64,000 bases of DNA from Dehalococcoidia bacterium (GTDB taxonomy: Bacteria > Chloroflexota > Dehalococcoidia > Plut-88900). Positions 60,004 through 64,000 of the stretch are shown here, piece by piece. The stretch is taken from NCBI GenBank assembly GCA_965197585.1, contig OZ240215.1, positions 224,001-288,000 of the forward strand. Reading direction: 5' to 3'. Positions within the stretch are counted from its first letter, which is position 1, and each line of letters opens with the position of its first letter. The notes under the pieces were generated by a model. It saw nothing but the letters and a program-made list of their open reading frames with translations. It searched no databases and was not told where the DNA came from. A program made the translations under genes and the position numbers.

Positions 60004-60657
60004 TCAACTTCCCAATGCATTCACAATTTGACGAGCCACAAGATATATGTCTCCTGTTGGTTCATGGATGATCTTTTGGTCAATTCCAACTGGAATCCTC
60101 TGCCCAACCCAATACCGATGTCCGGCTGAAAGGAGCATGGGGATGTCCCCGCTCGAATCCCCCACGGCGGCCACGTTCCTCATATTAACGCCGAGATTGT
60201 CAGCCAGTCTTGCCAGCCAATGCGCCTTGTCTTTAGGCCAGAATGGGGTTACCAGCCCGCTAGATGAAAGCCCTGTCCCAACTGAAAAATCCGCTCCAAA
60301 CTTGTCGGCAAACCACTCCACTGCGAACTCCCACGTGAGCGACACAATGGCTATCTTGAAGCCTCGGTCACGGAGCAAAGTAAAACTCTCAACTACTCCG
60401 GGCGCAACGCGGATTGTGGGGAGATGCTTGCGCAGATCATCGAACGAGAACTGGGAATACCATTCTGCAATCTCCTCCCTCGCCGCCGTTATCTCCTCAA
60501 CCTGCTCGGAAGTCAACTGCTCTAATTCGCGCATCCGCTGGATACGTCCAATGCCCTTTGCGATGGCCTCGCAGACGGTCTGTCCCCATAGCAAAGTTCC
60601 ATCCAGATCAAAGGCTGCCAGCCTTATGGGGCGATTTTCTTCCACGGCGTCGGTCAT
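60004..60657 (-). CDS. HAD-family hydrolase (SerB-like)
   Basis: FDLDGT, IVS, K, VGDSSGD. Confidence 0.88.
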   Translation of the reverse strand: MTDAVEENRPIRLAAFDLDGTLLWGQTVCEAIAKGIGRIQRMRELEQLTSEQVEEITAAREEIAEWYSQFSFDDLRKHLPTIRVAPGVVESFTLLRDRGFKIAIVSLTWEFAVEWFADKFGADFSVGTGLSSSGLVTPFWPKDKAHWLARLADNLGVNMRNVAAVGDSSGDIPMLLSAGHRYWVGQRIPVGIDQKIIHEPTGDIYLVARQIVNALGS

Positions 60658-60687
60658 GAGTTTCCTGGGCGCTTAACTACTGTTTAC

Positions 60688-61803
60688 CTAACTCATCGGA
60701 AACCCGTACAGCTTTGCCGCGTTCTCCCCGACAATCTTCCGCGTCTCTTCCTCCGGCAGCTCACTGAATGTCCGATCTATAACTTCCCTGGAATGCGGGA
60801 AGGTTCCTTCGTCGTGGGGATAGTCGCTGCCCCACATCAGGCAGTCCACCCCGGTAATGTCCCGGTTCCTCAAACCAACCTCATCATCCCCGAACGTCAC
60901 GTATCCTTGCCTCTTCCAATACTCACTCGGCTTCAGAGACAGTTTGGGCTGCTGCCACATGTGCCTCTTGTCGTAGAGTTCATCCAGCACGTTTAGGTAC
61001 CACGCCAGCCAGCCTATCCCACACTCAACCAGTACGAAATTCAATTCTGGATGCCTCTCCAGCACCCCCGATGCCGTTAGCATTGTCAACGGAGCCATCG
61101 CTACCGTCATCCCCAGTCCTATGTAGATCAGGCCCGCCCCGTGGGAGTTCTCCTCCCCCATGTCCTCCGGTATCGGGTCTGTCCCGGTAAATACGTGAAA
61201 GCTCAGGGGGACTTTCACGTCGTCCATCGCATCCCAGAACTTTTCGTAGTCGGGCCTGTTGTATGGCAGGTTGGACAGAAGCACCGGCAGGGAGAACGAC
61301 CTGTATCCGAGCTTGGCCGTGCGCCGTGCTTCCTTCACGGATCCTTCAATGTCTCCCATGGGAATCATCGCGGAGGGTACGAACCTGTTCATGTTGTCGG
61401 CGAAGACCTCGTGGTACCAATCGTTGTAGAGGCGGCTGAATGCCACCTGGTACCCGGGGTCCGGAGAGGCCAGGGCATTGAATATGCCATTGGGATATAT
61501 GACCTCCGCACTCACCCCGTCCTCTTCCAGGTCGGCTATCCTCAGCGGCAGATCGGTGCCCGCCTCCCTCCCCTGCCCCGCCCCTTCATCGCTCCTGAAC
61601 TCCCGCCGCTTGTCTTCCTCGGTGAGCTGTGATATTGCGATGTCCTGCCTTAGCGGCCTTTGCCCGTCCTGGATATAGTAAATGCCTCCGTTCCTCTCCT
61701 CCGTCCGGGGCGCGCGCCTTCGGTACTCCTCCGGCAGCTGCTCGAACAGGCTTGACGGCTCCGATGCATGTGAGTCCGCCGAAATTATCATCAGGTCCGA
61801 CAT
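60688..61803 (-). CDS. Amidohydrolase_2 family protein
   Basis: ISADSH, LSFH, VECGIGW, WGSDYPH. Confidence 0.92.
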   Translation of the reverse strand: MSDLMIISADSHASEPSSLFEQLPEEYRRRAPRTEERNGGIYYIQDGQRPLRQDIAISQLTEEDKRREFRSDEGAGQGREAGTDLPLRIADLEEDGVSAEVIYPNGIFNALASPDPGYQVAFSRLYNDWYHEVFADNMNRFVPSAMIPMGDIEGSVKEARRTAKLGYRSFSLPVLLSNLPYNRPDYEKFWDAMDDVKVPLSFHVFTGTDPIPEDMGEENSHGAGLIYIGLGMTVAMAPLTMLTASGVLERHPELNFVLVECGIGWLAWYLNVLDELYDKRHMWQQPKLSLKPSEYWKRQGYVTFGDDEVGLRNRDITGVDCLMWGSDYPHDEGTFPHSREVIDRTFSELPEEETRKIVGENAAKLYGFPMS

Positions 61804-62026
61804 GTGGATCTCCCCCTTGAATTACCTGGTCCCGTGAGTATCTCATATTACCGAATACAGGTGCGCATTGCAGGTTAATTGTATACGCCGAGGCATAGCT
61901 GGTAGCAGCGCACGCAACCTTTCCGTACCTGCCTCCTGATTCTTGTACAATGCCGGAGACGACTGCGTTCAAGCCTCAGCGCATCCCGACTCTGCTCAGT
62001 AAGCACTAATAAAGAGGGCCTGATAC

Positions 62027-63163
62027 ATGAAGGTGGAACTGATCAATCCCCCCGGACTCGACACGTCGGGCGCCCTCTCCCAAGGCACGAGAGCCGGTGA
62101 CTGGATATTCGTCTCGGGGCAAAGGGCCCGGGACACGAATGGAAACACCGTCGGGATTGGTGATTTCGAAGCCCAGGCCGACCGTGCATTTCAATGTGTG
62201 GCTCAAGTCCTGGCGGAAGCCGGTGGCGACCTTTCCGACGTAGTCAAACTCACGGCCTACCTGGTCAATCCCCTCCATGTCCAGACCTTCCACAATATGT
62301 GCGCCCGCATGTTCCCCACCCATCCCCGCTCCGGCACTACGGCGGTTGTCGCATCCCTCTCCTCCCCCGATGCCCTGATCGAAATCGAAGCATGCGCCCG
62401 ACTCGGCCAAAATACCGAACGACTGCCACAGAGGACCGGACCTTTTGCTGCAGGGGTGAAGTCCGGCAACACCATCTTCATCTCGGGCCAAACCGCGGCA
62501 TGTCGGCAGGGCCAGGAACCTCCAACCGACTTCCCCTCCCAACTCCACGCCGTCTATCAAAACCTTGATGCCTCTCTCACCGACTTCGGAGCGGGCTTTA
62601 GCGACCTCGTGAAGATCAACTACTTCATCTCCAATCCCCTCTACTACCGAGAGCTGTATCGCATTCGAGAGGGGGGCTTCGAAGTGGACTGGCCCGGCGA
62701 CTCCGTGGTCTCCATCCGTGCCCTCGATGACCCTCATGCCCTTGTCGAAACCGACGCTGTTGCCCTCGCCCCCCCGTCGAAGGCCGAGTTCGTAAACTCC
62801 CCTGAACTGCCGCCTCCCTTCAACTTCAGCAACGTGGTCGTCGCCGACGGACTGGCCTATGTATCCGGCCAGGTGGCCCGGGACAAGGACAAAAACCTGG
62901 TACTTCCGGGAGACTTTGACGCCCAGTTTCGACAGGCCCTCAAGAACGTTGAAATAGCTCTCAACTCCGTAGGATGTAGCTTCGCGAATGCAGTGAAAGT
63001 CTCCTGCTTCATCAGTCACGCCGGTTACTTCGAACAATCGCTGGCAATAAGGAGTGAGGTCTTCCAGGGTCGACCCCCGGCGGTAACGAGCGTGGCCGTC
63101 GACAGCATGGGAGGCTTCCCCGAAGCCCTCTGCGAAATAGACGCCATCGCCGCTATTCCCTGA
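62027..63163 (+). CDS. Triple RidA/YjgF-domain protein
   Basis: Three repeats of (I/V)SGQ...VK...E(I/T)(E/D)A. Confidence 0.88.
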   Translation: MKVELINPPGLDTSGALSQGTRAGDWIFVSGQRARDTNGNTVGIGDFEAQADRAFQCVAQVLAEAGGDLSDVVKLTAYLVNPLHVQTFHNMCARMFPTHPRSGTTAVVASLSSPDALIEIEACARLGQNTERLPQRTGPFAAGVKSGNTIFISGQTAACRQGQEPPTDFPSQLHAVYQNLDASLTDFGAGFSDLVKINYFISNPLYYRELYRIREGGFEVDWPGDSVVSIRALDDPHALVETDAVALAPPSKAEFVNSPELPPPFNFSNVVVADGLAYVSGQVARDKDKNLVLPGDFDAQFRQALKNVEIALNSVGCSFANAVKVSCFISHAGYFEQSLAIRSEVFQGRPPAVTSVAVDSMGGFPEALCEIDAIAAIP

Positions 63164-63177
63164 CCTAAAAACTACTA

Positions 63178-63403
63178 CCCCATCTCCCTAGATGAACCCT
63201 TTGCATCACCGCCATTCCTGTGTAAGCAAACTAACGAAATATGGCACATCCATCCCCAAGGGCGGGGCATTCCGCTCGCCCTGAGCTTAGTCGAAGGGTC
63301 TCAAGAGCGGAATGGGGGTCCCGACCCCTGCCCGGAGTTACGCAAAGGTCTCTCGAAGGGGGAGGGCTAGGGCCGTAGGCTCGCTGAGGAGAGTGAGGGT
63401 GAT
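63178..63403 (+). repeat. REP-like repeat interrupted by a ~159-bp MITE-like insert (63194-63352)
   Basis: Left arm CCCCATCTCCC-TAGAT; right part TCGAA-GGGGGAGGGCTAGGGCCGTAGGCTCGC; insert ends GAACCCTTTGCATCAC / GTTACGCAAAGGTCTC (12/16 inverted match). Confidence 0.6.
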
Positions 63404-63445
63404 TCTGTCGGGAAGTTCCGGGAAAATGTCACCTCAATAAACCGC

Positions 63446-64000
63446 ATGGACTGGATAGCCCACTACAATGAAAGCGCCGTGTCACCCGAGGAGGCCGTCC
63501 GCATCGTCAACTCCGGAGACCGAGTCTACTTAGACCCGGCAGTAAACAACTTTATCCCCAACGCTCTGGCCGCAAGGAGCACCGAGCTTTCAGACGTGAG
63601 GATAATGTTCCAGGGCCCCTTCGAGTACCAGGACTGGTTGGGTGGGGGATATCAGGACAGCTTCAATCTGGTCGCCCATTTCTATCTTGGCGCCTTCTCC
63701 CGTCCTGCCCACGACAAGAAGTTGATCGACTACTACCCCATGGTCCTCTCCCACGAGTTCAAACCGTACCATGAGAAGCGCGAGCCCCGATTCGTGGCAG
63801 ACGTCGCTATTGTTCGGATGTCTACCCCGAATGAACTTGGTTACTGCAGCTTCGGGGCGGGCATGTGGGACAACCGGAGTTGGGCCAAAGGCGCAAGGAA
63901 AGTCATCGCCCAGCACGATCCGACCTTCATACGCACCTACGGGGACAACTACATCCACCTTTCGGAAATCGACAGGTCGGTGCACTACACCCCACCCGAG
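63446..64000 (+). CDS. Acetyl-CoA hydrolase/4-hydroxybutyrate CoA-transferase family protein (partial, runs off window)
   Basis: Manual translation MDWIAHY..VSPEEAVRIVNSGDRV...GYCSFG...RTYGDNYIHLSEID, open to the window end. Confidence 0.85.
   Translation, partial: MDWIAHYNESAVSPEEAVRIVNSGDRVYLDPAVNNFIPNALAARSTELSDVRIMFQGPFEYQDWLGGGYQDSFNLVAHFYLGAFSRPAHDKKLIDYYPMVLSHEFKPYHEKREPRFVADVAIVRMSTPNELGYCSFGAGMWDNRSWAKGARKVIAQHDPTFIRTYGDNYIHLSEIDRSVHYTPPE

Overview
High-GC bacterial DNA, most consistent with a Dehalococcoidia/SAR202-like Chloroflexota genome and possibly host- or sponge-associated. This is inferred from an 11-subunit nuo operon lacking nuoEFG, LLM/amidohydrolase genes and eukaryote-like LRR proteins. 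The left ~39.5 kb is a genomic island/ICE integrated at the 3' end of tRNA-Ser(TGA) (39529-39618, minus strand). It carries a P4-type integrase, AlpA, two HTH regulators, a tandem Replic_Relax-like relaxase, a minimal VirB2/PrgI/VirB4/VirB6/VirD4 transfer module, and a leftward leading-region-like operon (Zn-ribbon membrane protein, primase, truncated Rad52/22-like gene) preceded by a ~380-nt nested hairpin. Cargo includes a NarL-type two-component pair and a 4706-aa secreted mosaic protein (propeller repeats, LRRs, PQQ sugar dehydrogenase, PPDK-type ATP-grasp domain, ~19 Ig-like repeats). That gene is bracketed by a duplicated ~490-bp promoter + structured 5' leader + signal-peptide cassette. 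The island holds many frameshifts and truncations. The right ~24 kb is core genome: serS, lysS, greA, NUDIX, NAD kinase, formyltransferase, vapBC, nuoABCDHIJK-x-LMN, MBL hydrolase, LLM oxidoreductase, HAD, amidohydrolase, triple-RidA and a CoA transferase, plus REP-like repeats, one with a nested MITE-like insert. All calls are by eye from sequence motifs; no searches were run.
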